Assembly (NCBI GenBank): GCA_963767925.1
Contig: CAVYGB010000002.1
Coordinates: forward strand, 896,001 to 960,000
DNA length: 64,000 nucleotides
From: an uncultured delta proteobacterium
GTDB taxonomy: Bacteria; Myxococcota_A; Polyangia; Fen-1088
Direction of reading: 5' to 3'
Shown here piece by piece: positions 11,402 through 20,708 of the stretch (its first letter is position 1; the number at the start of each line of letters is the position of its first letter). The position numbers and the translations under genes were made by a program. The notes under the pieces are model-generated. The model did not search any database. It saw only the letters and a list, made by a program, of their open reading frames with translations, and had not been told where the DNA came from.

Positions 11402-12652
11402 ATGAACCGAGCCAAGCTCCCCCCCGCGCCGATCGCGACCACCGCCTCCGCCTCCATCGGCGCGCGTTCCCCGCGGCGGGATGCGGGCCTCGTCGCCCTG
11501 TTGCTCGGCGCGCTCGTCGCGCCGGCCTGCGCGCAGCAACAGCGGGGTGGCTACCCGCCGGGCGCGTACCCGCCCCCGCCCGGCCCCTACGGATACGGCG
11601 CTCCTGGCCAGCCGCCGCCTCCTGCCGGGTACCCCCCGCAGGGCCCGCAACAAGCGAACCGCCAGCAGCCGCCTCCGCCTCCCGGCTACCCGCCGGCCGG
11701 GCAATACCCCCAGGCGCCCGGTCCCTACCCGCCTCCGCCCGGCTACCCGCGCGCCGGCACGCCCCCCGCCTACCAGGCGACGCCCGGCTACCCGCCGGCG
11801 CCACCCCCCGCGCGCCGCCAGCAACAACCTGCCTATCCGCAGGCCGGCGCCTATCCGCAACCCGGCGCCTACCCGCAGCAGCAGCAGCAGCAGCCCGGCG
11901 CTTATCCACAGCAGCAGCAGCAGCAGCAGCCCGGCGCTTATCCACAGCAGCAGCAACCTCCGCGCGGCTATCCGCAGCCCGGCGCCTATCCGCAGGCCGG
12001 CGCTTATCCACAGCAGCAGCAGCCGCCACAGCAGCGCGGTTACCCGCAGCCCGGTGCCTATCCGCAGCAGCAGCAGCCCGGCTACCCCGCCGCCCCCGGG
12101 CGCCCCCCCGCCCAGGCGGCAAACTATCCCGGCAACCAGCCGGGCCCCTACGCGCAGCAGGCCCATGGCCAGCCCGGCTACCCCGCCGCCCCCGGCTACG
12201 AGGGAGACGCCTACGCCTACGCCGATCCCGCCGCGCTGAGCGCCAACCGCCACGACGGCGGCTTTTACCTCCACCTGTCGGGGGGCGCCCGGGTGACGAA
12301 CGTCAGCGGCCCCTACGGCGGCACCGAAGTGGGCGTGGGCCTCGACGCCGCCGCCGGCGCGATGGTGATCGAGAACCTCGCCGTGTTCGGCGAGCTCCGG
12401 TTGTTCCCCGGCATCGGCATCGGCGCCGGCGCCGCCTACTACTTCATGCCCCTAAACCTCTACCTCGGCGGCTCCCTCCTCGCCCAGAGCTTCGGCTACG
12501 GCCTCGGCGCCGGCATCAACCTCCTCGGGGGCAAGGAGTGGTGGGTCAGCGACGTCTGGGGCATCGGCATCGGCGGCTCCCTCAACCTCACCCAGGTCGC
12601 CAACCGCACCGTCGCCATCCTCGGCCTCTCCTTCTCCACGACCTTCAACTGA
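11402..12652 (+). CDS. Exported Pro/Gln/Gly/Tyr-repeat protein with C-terminal outer-membrane beta-barrel-like domain
   Basis: Hydrophobic signal region; repeated [11 protein letters not shown]-terminal amphipathic strands [12 protein letters not shown]...[13 protein letters not shown]...FSTTFN; AGGAG RBS. Confidence 0.8.
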   Translation: MNRAKLPPAPIATTASASIGARSPRRDAGLVALLLGALVAPACAQQQRGGYPPGAYPPPPGPYGYGAPGQPPPPAGYPPQGPQQANRQQPPPPPGYPPAGQYPQAPGPYPPPPGYPRAGTPPAYQATPGYPPAPPPARRQQQPAYPQAGAYPQPGAYPQQQQQQPGAYPQQQQQQQPGAYPQQQQPPRGYPQPGAYPQAGAYPQQQQPPQQRGYPQPGAYPQQQQPGYPAAPGRPPAQAANYPGNQPGPYAQQAHGQPGYPAAPGYEGDAYAYADPAALSANRHDGGFYLHLSGGARVTNVSGPYGGTEVGVGLDAAAGAMVIENLAVFGELRLFPGIGIGAGAAYYFMPLNLYLGGSLLAQSFGYGLGAGINLLGGKEWWVSDVWGIGIGGSLNLTQVANRTVAILGLSFSTTFN

Positions 12653-12829
12653 TCCCGAGCCCGGGCCCCCGCGAAGCTCGCGGCAACACAGCCGACCTTC
12701 ACCGGTCCGGATTGCCCGGGACAACCCCGTAGGCAACGAGACCGCTACCCGCGGCAGCCCCTTCCAATCCGCAGGGTCGACGCTGGTTTAGGACCGAAGC
12801 TGTCCGCAGGGGCTGGTAGGGTCTGCGGC

Positions 12830-13240
12830 ATGGCAACCAGGACGTACAAGGGGAGCTGCCACTGTGGCGGCATCAAGTTCGAAGCGGACATCGACCTCGC
12901 CAAGGGGACGGGCAAGTGCAACTGCACGAGCTGCTGGAAGAAGCGCTGGTGGAGCGTGCAGGTCAAGCCAGAGGCGTTCCGCGCGCTCCAGGGCGAGGAG
13001 CTGATGAGCGGCTACAAGGCCGGCGAGAAGAAGGGGCACACGGGGTTCTGCACGAAGTGTGGCGTCATCCCCTACGGCTGGGTGGCCGCGGCCGAGTGGA
13101 ACGACGGTGAGAAGGTGTCGATCAACGTCGCGGCGCTCGACGACCTCGACCCGGCCGAGCTGGCCGCCGCACCGGTGCAGTACATGGACGGCCGCGCCGA
13201 CAACTGGTGGAACCCGCCCAAGGAGTCCCGCCACCTCTGA
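12830..13240 (+). CDS. GFA/CENP-V family zinc-binding protein
   Basis: YKGSCHCG, CNCTSC, FCTKCG, INVAALDD, YMDGRADNW motifs. Confidence 0.92.
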   Translation: MATRTYKGSCHCGGIKFEADIDLAKGTGKCNCTSCWKKRWWSVQVKPEAFRALQGEELMSGYKAGEKKGHTGFCTKCGVIPYGWVAAAEWNDGEKVSINVAALDDLDPAELAAAPVQYMDGRADNWWNPPKESRHL

Positions 13241-13432
13241 GCGTCCTCTTCGCGGATCCGCGCGGGCGCCCCGGGGAGACTCGCCCTCTCTGAGCGGCGC
13301 CTTCGCAGACACGCCCCGGGCGCTCCCCGGGAGACGCACCATCCTCTGAGCGGCGCCTTCGCAGACACCGCCCCGGGCGCTCCCCCGGGGAGACTCGCCC
13401 TCTCTGAGCGGCGCCTTCGCGGACACCGCCGC
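13235..13432. repeat. Imperfect tandem repeat, about 3.5 units of 53-58 bp starting at the GFA stop codon
   Basis: CTCTGAGCG units start at 13235, 13288, 13344, 13402; shared CTTCGC(A/G)GA...CGGGCGC...CCGGG(G)AGAC. Confidence 0.9.
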
Positions 13433-13558
13433 GATGCCAGTCGGCTGGGCAACGAGCGCCCAGCCGGGCGTGGGGGCGGCGGCGGGCGGTGGGTACAGGG
13501 CCTCACCTGTATGCAGGTCTCTTCAAGCCATGGGGCGTTCCGGTCGATTGATTGCGTC

Positions 13559-15013
13559 ATGTGGCTCGTCTTGCCCATCGGGCACGACCAGGGGATCCGC
13601 CATTTCCCCTGGGTGACGGCGAGCATTGCGGCCCTGTGTGTCCTGGTCCAGGTCCAGCGCAGCGTGAGCGGTCCCTCCGAGGAGAACCTGATCGCGGTGA
13701 TGGAGGAGGCCGCCGATATCGAGGACCAGCTCCTGACCAGGCACCTCCGCGCCACGGTGAAGCCCCACTCGGTGCGCAACTGGGAGGCCCTGCAGGCGCA
13801 GATGCAGAGCCTGCAAGAGCAGCGGGTGGTGGCCCGGGCGGCGCTGCGCGCCGGGAAGTTGACCGAGTCGAACGATCCCCTCTACCAGCGCTGGATGGAG
13901 GTGCGGGATCGCGAGCAGCGCCTGCTCCGCCGCGACATCGCCTACCAGCTGGCTTACCGCCCGAAGGAAGGGGTCAGCGCCGGGCTGGGGCTGTCCGCCT
14001 TCGCCCACGCCGGCTGGCTGCACCTGCTGGGCAACATGCTGTTCCTGTACCTGGTGGGCTGCAACCTCGAGGACCGCTGGGGCCGCAAGGCGTTCACCCT
14101 GCTCTATCTGGCCGGGGCGATCGTCTCTGGCCTCACGTTTTACCTGTGGCACCGCCACACCGAGACCCTGCTGATCGGCGCCTCGGGCGCGGTGGCGGCG
14201 GCCATGGGCGCGTTCCTGGTGTGCTTTCACCGGGCCCGCATCAACTTCCTGGTCTGGTCGCCCACGCGCGGCGCCCACATCTCGGAGATCTACGCCTTCT
14301 GGGTCTTCCCGGTCTGGTTCATCCAGCAGCTCCTCAACTCCTGGCTCGAAGCGCGCATGAACGTGGGCGTGGCCTATTCGGCGCACGTGGGCGGCTTCGT
14401 GCTCGGGCTGGCGATGGCGGGGCTGCTGAAGGTCACCGGGATCGAACGGCGCCACCTGCTGCCCGCCACCGCCGCCGGGACCGAGTGGAAAGAGGACTCC
14501 GACTACCTGTTCGCGCTCGAGCGCGTCGCCGCCGCCGATCTGTCGGGCGCGGTGACGAAGCTGCAGGCGGTGCTCGCCCGCCAGCCGCGCCACCAGGGCG
14601 CCCTCGAGCAGCTCGCGCGCACGGCGCTCATCCTCGGCGAGCGCGAGCTGGCCGCCCGGGCGGTGTCCGACTTCCTCGTCGAGCTCGGGCGGACGCGCCT
14701 ACCGGAGGTGCTGCCGCTGGTGCGCGAGCTGGGGCTGCTCGAGCTGCCGCTCGCGCTGAGCGATCGGGCCGGCCTGGTGGTGGTGCGCGCCGCCGCCTCG
14801 GCCGACCAGCCCGAGCTGATGGTCAAGGCCGCCCTCCGCTTGCTGCGGGAGCACCCCACCAGCCCGCTGGCCCCCGGCGTGATGTGGGACGTGGCCCGCC
14901 TGCAGGAGCGGCTGGGCCGCACCGACCTGGCGCGCGGCACCCTGCAGCAGCTCGTCGCCCGCTATCCCGACGACCCCTTCGCCGTGCAGGCCCGACGCAG
15001 GCTGCCTTCTTGA
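13559..15013 (+). CDS. Rhomboid intramembrane serine protease with C-terminal TPR region
   Basis: FAHAGWLHLLGNMLFL, IGASGA (catalytic Ser), AYSAHVGGF (catalytic His); TPR-like helices ending LVARYPDDPFA. Confidence 0.92.
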   Translation: MWLVLPIGHDQGIRHFPWVTASIAALCVLVQVQRSVSGPSEENLIAVMEEAADIEDQLLTRHLRATVKPHSVRNWEALQAQMQSLQEQRVVARAALRAGKLTESNDPLYQRWMEVRDREQRLLRRDIAYQLAYRPKEGVSAGLGLSAFAHAGWLHLLGNMLFLYLVGCNLEDRWGRKAFTLLYLAGAIVSGLTFYLWHRHTETLLIGASGAVAAAMGAFLVCFHRARINFLVWSPTRGAHISEIYAFWVFPVWFIQQLLNSWLEARMNVGVAYSAHVGGFVLGLAMAGLLKVTGIERRHLLPATAAGTEWKEDSDYLFALERVAAADLSGAVTKLQAVLARQPRHQGALEQLARTALILGERELAARAVSDFLVELGRTRLPEVLPLVRELGLLELPLALSDRAGLVVVRAAASADQPELMVKAALRLLREHPTSPLAPGVMWDVARLQERLGRTDLARGTLQQLVARYPDDPFAVQARRRLPS

Positions 15014-15052
15014 CGGCTCCGCGTGCCGGGTATACTAGGGCCCAGATTTGCC

Positions 15053-15337
15053 GTGAAGCAGGAGGCCTTCTTCCGCAGCCCCGATGAGTCCGCCGAGGCG
15101 GAGGAGCTCTCCCTGCGCAGAGACCCCTTGCGGGTCGAGCGCCCCGGCCCCGCCGACCTGGACCCGGACAGCTGGCCCGACCACTGGGCCTGGGAAGAGG
15201 ACAACGTCGCCGACGGCCTGGGCATCGGCCCCTTCCCCACCGCCCGCAAGCCCCCCAAACGCGCCGAACGCCGCACCACCGGCCCCCGCCCGCTCGCAGC
15301 GACCGGCACCGACGACGGCTCCGCCGGCGACGAGTAG
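15053..15337 (+). CDS. Small acidic hypothetical protein
   Basis: GTG start, GC-rich third codon positions; TTGACG/TATACT-like hexamers upstream (15010-15036, short 15-nt spacer). Confidence 0.45.
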   Translation: MKQEAFFRSPDESAEAEELSLRRDPLRVERPGPADLDPDSWPDHWAWEEDNVADGLGIGPFPTARKPPKRAERRTTGPRPLAATGTDDGSAGDE

Positions 15338-15355
15338 CTCCGCGGCTCGGGCCGC

Positions 15356-15410
15356 CGGAGACCCCTCACCCCTTCTCTCCCTGCTGCCGCCGGGCGAGGC
15401 GACAATCGGG
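15356..15410. repeat. Partial copy of palindromic REP/MITE-like element
   Basis: CGGAGACCCCTCACCCC...CTCTCCC..CTGCCGC matches the ends of the element at 24720-24906. Confidence 0.7.
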
Positions 15411-15578
15411 GAGTCGCCTCGGCCATCTTCCGAGCGGGCGAGGTTTGCGACTCGGCGTCCTCGCGCGGCCGGATCGGCTCTCGCGACCCGGGGTTTCAAT
15501 TCACGAAAACGCGCCGCAGGAGGGGCTCGTCGCGGACGGGTTGGCCGGAGGGCGGGCCGAGGTTATCGTCGTTCGACC

Positions 15579-16076
15579 GTGGCGGATCCGGCGCTGCTGC
15601 ACCACCTCCCCCTTCACTTCGGGATGCGCGTCCTCGGAGGGCTGTTCGCCCTCGCCAGCGTGGTGGCCGTGGTCAGCGTCGCGGTCGAGAAGAGCGTCGA
15701 CCGCCCGCTGGCCCTCGCCCTGGCCGCCCAGCCCGCCATCTTCGCGACGATCCTGCGGGCGACCGTCTGGCGGACCCGTTCGCTGCGCGCGCGCCAGGCC
15801 CACCTCGAGGTCGGCTCCGGCGCCCGCCAGCGGCGCGTCGCCTTCGCCGACGTCCTCGCCATCGAGCGCCCCTGGTGGGCCCTCCCGAAGCTCCGGCTCA
15901 CCCCTGTCGAGCTGATCGTTCGCGGCTCCGCCCCGGTCCTCTTTTTCCCCGCCGCCGGCGCCGAGGCCTACCTGCAAGGTCGCCTGGCCGCCGCCCACGC
16001 CCTGTCCCCCCCCACACGCCCTCCCGCCCCCACGCGCCGCGGTCCCCCGTCCCGCCAGCCGCTGAAGCCCAACTGA
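15579..16076 (+). CDS. Hypothetical membrane protein (2 TM plus small soluble domain)
   Basis: Two hydrophobic segments then HLEVGSG..RRVAFADVLAIE. Confidence 0.55.
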   Translation: MADPALLHHLPLHFGMRVLGGLFALASVVAVVSVAVEKSVDRPLALALAAQPAIFATILRATVWRTRSLRARQAHLEVGSGARQRRVAFADVLAIERPWWALPKLRLTPVELIVRGSAPVLFFPAAGAEAYLQGRLAAAHALSPPTRPPAPTRRGPPSRQPLKPN

Positions 16077-16110
16077 ACCTCCAGCGCCCAGAATAGCCGG
16101 AACTTGCTGG

Positions 16111-16128
16111 TGCCATATGTGTATGGCA
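16111..16128. promoter_or_regulatory. Palindromic operator-like site upstream of the VapC remnant
   Basis: TGCCATA-tgtg-TATGGCA perfect 7-bp inverted repeat in an AT-rich patch. Confidence 0.5.
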
Positions 16129-16135
16129 ATTTTGT

Positions 16136-16387
16136 ATGGATGAACGGGGAGGCCGACCGAAGCTGCTGGCCGGCTACGAGCAGATGCACCAGGCGAGCGT
16201 CATCGCCCACTCCGACGTCGTCGCGTTCGCGCGCGCCCGACATCTCCACGGCCGCGAAGTCGGCTGGATCGATGTCCACCTCCTGGCCTCCGCCCTCGTG
16301 GACCGCCTCCAGATATGGACCGCCGACCCCAGGTTCGCGACCCTCGCGGACCAGCTCGCGATAGCCTACCTCCCCGGCCAGCCCTAG
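16136..16387 (+). pseudogene. vapC: C-terminal half of a PIN-domain VapC toxin; N-terminus and antitoxin absent
   Basis: LHGREVGWIDVHLLASAL...IWTADPRF = C-terminal PIN motifs; no N-terminal DT motif. Confidence 0.75.
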
Positions 16388-16413
16388 CTGCGAGCAACTC
16401 TGCTAGCGAGGGG

Positions 16414-16608
16414 TCAGTGCTCGCTGTCGCTCTCCATCATTTTTCTGACCACCGTCGCGATGGTGGGGGCGTCGATGGCGGCTTGTTTCATCAGGGCGGT
16501 GGCGCGCTGGACGTCGTCGGCGTCCACCGCTTCGAAGAAGTCGTCGACCTTGTCGATGGCCGCGAGCTGTTCCAGCACGAGTGTCCCCTCGAAGTCTGAA
16601 TCATCCAT
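16414..16608 (-). CDS. Small conserved-looking acidic hypothetical protein (64 aa)
   Basis: MDDSDFEGTLVLEQLAAIDKVDDFFEAVDADD; GAGGTG RBS. Confidence 0.7.
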   Translation of the reverse strand: MDDSDFEGTLVLEQLAAIDKVDDFFEAVDADDVQRATALMKQAAIDAPTIATVVRKMMESDSEH

Positions 16609-16813
16609 CGATCACCTCTGATCACCTCCGGCGTGGGCCTGCAAAAAGAGCAGGCTGCAGTGTACCGGCGGATGCACCGAGGACCAGGTCGCAGATGCCG
16701 GGCGGGCCCTTGCCGGGGGCGACCAGCCGGGGAAAGGCGGGGGGTCGTGAACGCGCGCGCCTACCGCCCGATTGGTTGCCGGCTGACCGGCGAGGCGAGG
16801 TAAGATCCGGAGC

Positions 16814-18622
16814 GTGGTGGCGTCGGCGGGGGGCTCGAGCGCGGGAGCGGGGAGCGGGGCGTGGGGCTTGGCGGTGGGGATGGGGGCGTTTGTCGTTTAT
16901 GTCGTGACGGCGGCGCCCACGCCTTACCTGCTGGATTCGGCGCAGCTCGCGGCGGCGGCGTACGGGTTGGGGATCGCGCACCCGCCGGGGGAGGCGCTGT
17001 CCCTGCTCTGGGGGAAGCTGTTTGCCCTGCTGCCGCTGGGGAGCGTGGCGTTCCGGGTGGGGGTGTCGCAGGCGGTGGCGGGGGCGATCGCGGCCTGGCT
17101 GGCCTTCGTGCTGGCCCGCGGGCTGATCGATCGCGCGGATCCGGCGGGTGGGGTGCAGCCGGTGGTGCGCAACCTGCTGGCGGCGACGGCGGCGCTGGGG
17201 TTCGCGCTGGCGCCGGGGGTGGTGCTGTCGGCCAACCGGCCGGAGGTGTACGCGCTGGCGATGGCGCTCGCGCTGGGGGCGCTGCTGGCGGCGGGGTCGA
17301 CCGATCCGCGCGGCTGCCTGCTGGGCGCGGTGCTGGTGGGGCTGGGGGTGGCCAACCATCCGCTGGTGGCGGGGATGGCGGGGCTGGGGGCGGTGGCGGC
17401 GGCGTTGCCCTTGCTGCGGGCGGGGGAGGCGGCGCCGCGCGGGCGGCTGGCCGCCTACGCGGTGGGGGCGTTCCTCGCCGGCACCGCGGTGCTGGCCTAC
17501 CTGCCGCTGCGGGCGACGGCGGTGTACGCGGCCGCGCAGGAGGCGGCGGCGGACATCATCCTCTGGGGGGATGCGCGCAGCCTGGGCGGGTTCTGGTGGA
17601 TCGTCTCGGGGCGGACGTTCATCGCCAAGAGCAACGTCGTCCACACCGGGTCCGAGCCGGAGGTGTTGCCCTTCGCCATCGCCGAGGAGATCGGGCTGCC
17701 GCTGCTGTTGCTGGCGGTGGCGGGGGTGCTGTACGTGGTGCGCACGCCGGCGGCGCGGCGGTCGGGGCTGCCGCTGCTGGCGGCGCTGGCTGGCTCGGCG
17801 GTGGCGGCCGTGGCGGCCGGGTTCGATCCGCACAACCCGGATATCCGCGGGTATTTGGGGGTCGCGCTGGCGGCGACGGCGGCGCTGGGGGCGGTGGGGC
17901 TGACCGCCTTCGCGGGGGCGATCCGACGGACCTGGGTCGGCGGGGCCGCCGCGCTGGCGCTGGCGCTGGGGACAGCGGCGCACGTCCTGCCCATCCCCCG
18001 ATGGGTCGACCTGTACCGGGCGGAGGCGGCCGACCGGATCGGCCGCGACATCCTCGCGCAGGCGCCGCCGCGGGCGGTCCTGTTCACCTCGCACTTCGAG
18101 ACCGGTTTCCTGCTCGCGTACCACCGTTTCGTCGAGGGGCTGCGACCCGACGCGGTCTGGGTGCACCTCGGCTTCGTGCGGGGGCCCGGCTACGCCAGCC
18201 GGGTCGCGGCCTCCCACCCCGACCTGCGGCCCGCGCTCGAGGCGCACCGGACGGCGGCGCTGCTGCCGGCGGACCTGCGCGCCCTGGCTCGCCCGGCGCG
18301 CGTCGAGCCCGACCAGCACCTCGACGCCCGCCTGCGCGCCGACCTGTCGCCAGCGGGTCACCTCTGGCAGGTCGCGCCGGCCGGCGCACCCGCCCGGCGC
18401 GCCGGCCTGACCCCCCTGCCCCGCGACCTGCTGCCCGAGGCAGCCCGCGACCGGCAGGTGCGCGGCTTTCTCGGCTGGCGCGCGTACGGCGACGGCCTGC
18501 TCGCCTGCAGCCTCGGCCTCACCGACGTCGCCGCCCAGCGACTCGGCGAGCTGCAGACGCTGCTGCCCCACGACCAGCGCGCCCGCAGCCTCCTCACCGC
18601 CTGCCCGACCTCCCGCCGATAG
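16814..18622 (+). CDS. DUF2723/TMEM260-like multi-pass membrane protein (putative GT-C glycosyltransferase); start uncertain
   Basis: YVVTAAPT.YLLDSAQL...LGIAHPPG, EVYAL, LGVANH, YLPLRA motifs; many TM helices. Confidence 0.8.
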   Translation: MVASAGGSSAGAGSGAWGLAVGMGAFVVYVVTAAPTPYLLDSAQLAAAAYGLGIAHPPGEALSLLWGKLFALLPLGSVAFRVGVSQAVAGAIAAWLAFVLARGLIDRADPAGGVQPVVRNLLAATAALGFALAPGVVLSANRPEVYALAMALALGALLAAGSTDPRGCLLGAVLVGLGVANHPLVAGMAGLGAVAAALPLLRAGEAAPRGRLAAYAVGAFLAGTAVLAYLPLRATAVYAAAQEAAADIILWGDARSLGGFWWIVSGRTFIAKSNVVHTGSEPEVLPFAIAEEIGLPLLLLAVAGVLYVVRTPAARRSGLPLLAALAGSAVAAVAAGFDPHNPDIRGYLGVALAATAALGAVGLTAFAGAIRRTWVGGAAALALALGTAAHVLPIPRWVDLYRAEAADRIGRDILAQAPPRAVLFTSHFETGFLLAYHRFVEGLRPDAVWVHLGFVRGPGYASRVAASHPDLRPALEAHRTAALLPADLRALARPARVEPDQHLDARLRADLSPAGHLWQVAPAGAPARRAGLTPLPRDLLPEAARDRQVRGFLGWRAYGDGLLACSLGLTDVAAQRLGELQTLLPHDQRARSLLTACPTSRR

Positions 18623-18922
18623 AGCTCCGTGCCGAGCAGGTAGGCCAGGGAGGTCGCCCGCCCCGCCCCCACCGATCCGGACCCGGGTGGCCGAGATCGG
18701 GCGACCCGGCCCGGCAGCCCGGTGGTCGACGCCGCCGGGCCTTCCCCTTCGTCGGCCTGGACATCGACGGGCAGGCCCGGGCCAGCGCCGAGGATCGGCC
18801 GGTGCGTTCGGACGTCCGGGCCCGAACGTCACTTTATCCACAGGCTGCCAGCCGCCCCCCCCCCCGGTCGCAAAGGGGGACTTTTTTGCCTCTTGCCGCG
18901 ACCCGTCCTAGGTTCTTCAGAC

Positions 18923-19459
18923 ATGTCGGTCAGCCTCCAGCATCGCCAGGTCCTGCCCGCGGGCTCCGGGCCGGTCGCCGAGGTCCCCGGACGTCCCGCG
19001 GTCCCCAAGCGAGCGATCCCGCCCGGGACCGAGACGCGCCCGCGCCTGCTGCTGCGGCCCATGCTGCGCGTCCGCCGCATCAGCCTGTTCGAGCGCGAGG
19101 TGCGCGAGCGCCTGTCGCGCGCCGCCCTCGACCTGGTCTTCGCCGGCGCCGCCACCATGTCCGAGGGGCAGCGCTCGGCCCGCAACGGGCGCGAGGTGTT
19201 CTTCGGATCGACCATGTTGACCGTCGAGCTCGACGTCCTGGTGGGGGCTCTGCGCGACGCCTGCGACGCCTCCTCGGCCCAGCGGATGGCCGGCCTGCTG
19301 GCCAGCGACAGCGGCGCCCTCGGGCGCATCCGGGCCATCGCCGCCACCGAGGCCGAGCGCCTGCTGGGCACCCGCCCCGAGTCGGTCACCACCGAGATCC
19401 GGGTCCGCGCCCGCGGCACCACCGTCTACGTCGACGTCGACGTCGAGGCCGCGCTCTGA
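18923..19459 (+). CDS. Hypothetical protein, translationally coupled to the MerR-TPR gene
   Basis: Coding-like codon usage; TGATG overlap at 19457-19461. Confidence 0.7.
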   Translation: MSVSLQHRQVLPAGSGPVAEVPGRPAVPKRAIPPGTETRPRLLLRPMLRVRRISLFEREVRERLSRAALDLVFAGAATMSEGQRSARNGREVFFGSTMLTVELDVLVGALRDACDASSAQRMAGLLASDSGALGRIRAIAATEAERLLGTRPESVTTEIRVRARGTTVYVDVDVEAAL

Positions 19460-20382
19460 TGGCGGCCGCCGCTTCATCGGGCTACGGCTTCGGGGCGGCG
19501 GCGGCCATCCTCGGCATCAGCGAGAGCCGCCTGCGCTACTGGTCGCAGATCGGCTTCGTGGGCCCCTCGCGCCGCGAAGGCGGCAAGCAGGTCTACAGCT
19601 TCCAGGACCTCGCCGCGGTCAAGGCCGCGCGCGAGCTGATGGACCGCGGCTTCACCCCCAACGACATCCGCAAGGCGCTGGAGAAGGTGCGGACCCAGCT
19701 CCCCGACATGGATCGCCCGCTCGAGCACCTGCGCGTCGCCTTCGACGGCAAGGAGCTCCTGCTCGTCGAGGAGGGCGGCGCCTTCTCCCTGTCGGGCCAG
19801 CGCGTGTTCGACTTCGGCCTGGGCGAGCTGCGCGCGCGGGCCTCGGGCTGGGGCCGCACCACGCCCCTGGCCGCCGAGAGCGCCAAGGCCACCACCGGCA
19901 CCGACCACGCCGGCACGCCCTACGGCTGGTTCCAGGAGGGCCTGCGCTACGAGACGGAGGGCCGCGAGGACAGCGCCGCCGGCGCCTACCGGCGCGCGCT
20001 CGAGCTCGACCCCGGCCTGGCCGCCGCCCACACCAACCTCGGCGCCCTGGCCCACCGGCGCGGCAACACCGCCGAGGCGCGGGCCTGCTTCCAGGCGGCG
20101 CTGGCCCTCGACCCCGATCAGCCCGAAGCCCGCTACGACCTGGCCCACCTGCTGATCGAGGCGGGCGAGCTGGAGCTGGCCGCCGCCGAGCTGCGCCGGG
20201 TGCTCGAGCTGGTGCCCGACAGCGCCGACACCCACTTCAACCTCGGCATGGCGCTCGAGGCGCTCGGCAGCCGCAAGCAGGCGCGCGAGCACCTGGGCCG
20301 CTACCTCGAGCTGGCCACCCCCGCCACGCTCACCGAGCCGTGGGCCAGCGCCGCGCGCACGCGCGTCCAGCGCCTGGCCTGA
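19459..20382 (+). CDS. MerR-type HTH protein with C-terminal TPR repeats
   Basis: AAAILGISESRLRYWSQIGFVGPSR...YSFQDL; TPRs AYRRALELDP..AAAHTNLG, EARYDLA, DTHFNLG. Confidence 0.88.
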   Translation: MAAAASSGYGFGAAAAILGISESRLRYWSQIGFVGPSRREGGKQVYSFQDLAAVKAARELMDRGFTPNDIRKALEKVRTQLPDMDRPLEHLRVAFDGKELLLVEEGGAFSLSGQRVFDFGLGELRARASGWGRTTPLAAESAKATTGTDHAGTPYGWFQEGLRYETEGREDSAAGAYRRALELDPGLAAAHTNLGALAHRRGNTAEARACFQAALALDPDQPEARYDLAHLLIEAGELELAAAELRRVLELVPDSADTHFNLGMALEALGSRKQAREHLGRYLELATPATLTEPWASAARTRVQRLA

Positions 20383-20485
20383 GCGCGCGCACCTTCCGTC
20401 GCGCTCGCCGCTCACCCGCGGGAGCGCTGCTGCAGATCCCCGCCGCGCTCTATCCGCCCCTCGCGCGAGCGCGCCGCCACAACCT

Positions 20486-20665
20486 TCAGTCGCGCTCGAC
20501 GCTCACCTGCACCTCCCCTTCGGCGTCGGTGTACACACGAACCGACCAGGGCCGACAGCAGACCCCGCAGTCCTCGACGAACGTCTGGACTCCGGGCTCC
20601 TCGGTCGGGTCGATCTCGAGGGTGCCTGGCTCACCGCAATAGGGGCACTGGAAAGAGGCGTCCAA
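20486..20665 (-). CDS. CPXCG-motif cysteine-rich small protein (59 aa; not in ORF track)
   Basis: Manual translation from TTG 20665: MDASFQCPYCGEPGTLEIDPTEEPGVQTFVEDCGVCCRPWSVRVYTDAEGEVQVSVERD*. Confidence 0.88.
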   Translation of the reverse strand: MDASFQCPYCGEPGTLEIDPTEEPGVQTFVEDCGVCCRPWSVRVYTDAEGEVQVSVERD

Positions 20666-20708
20666 AGGAAAACGAGGATAGGGTACCCTGGATCGTCTAA
20701 CTTTGCTT

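Noticed and set aside
13235..13432. Mini CRISPR array
   Set aside because: The would-be spacers are near copies of each other and no cas genes are present
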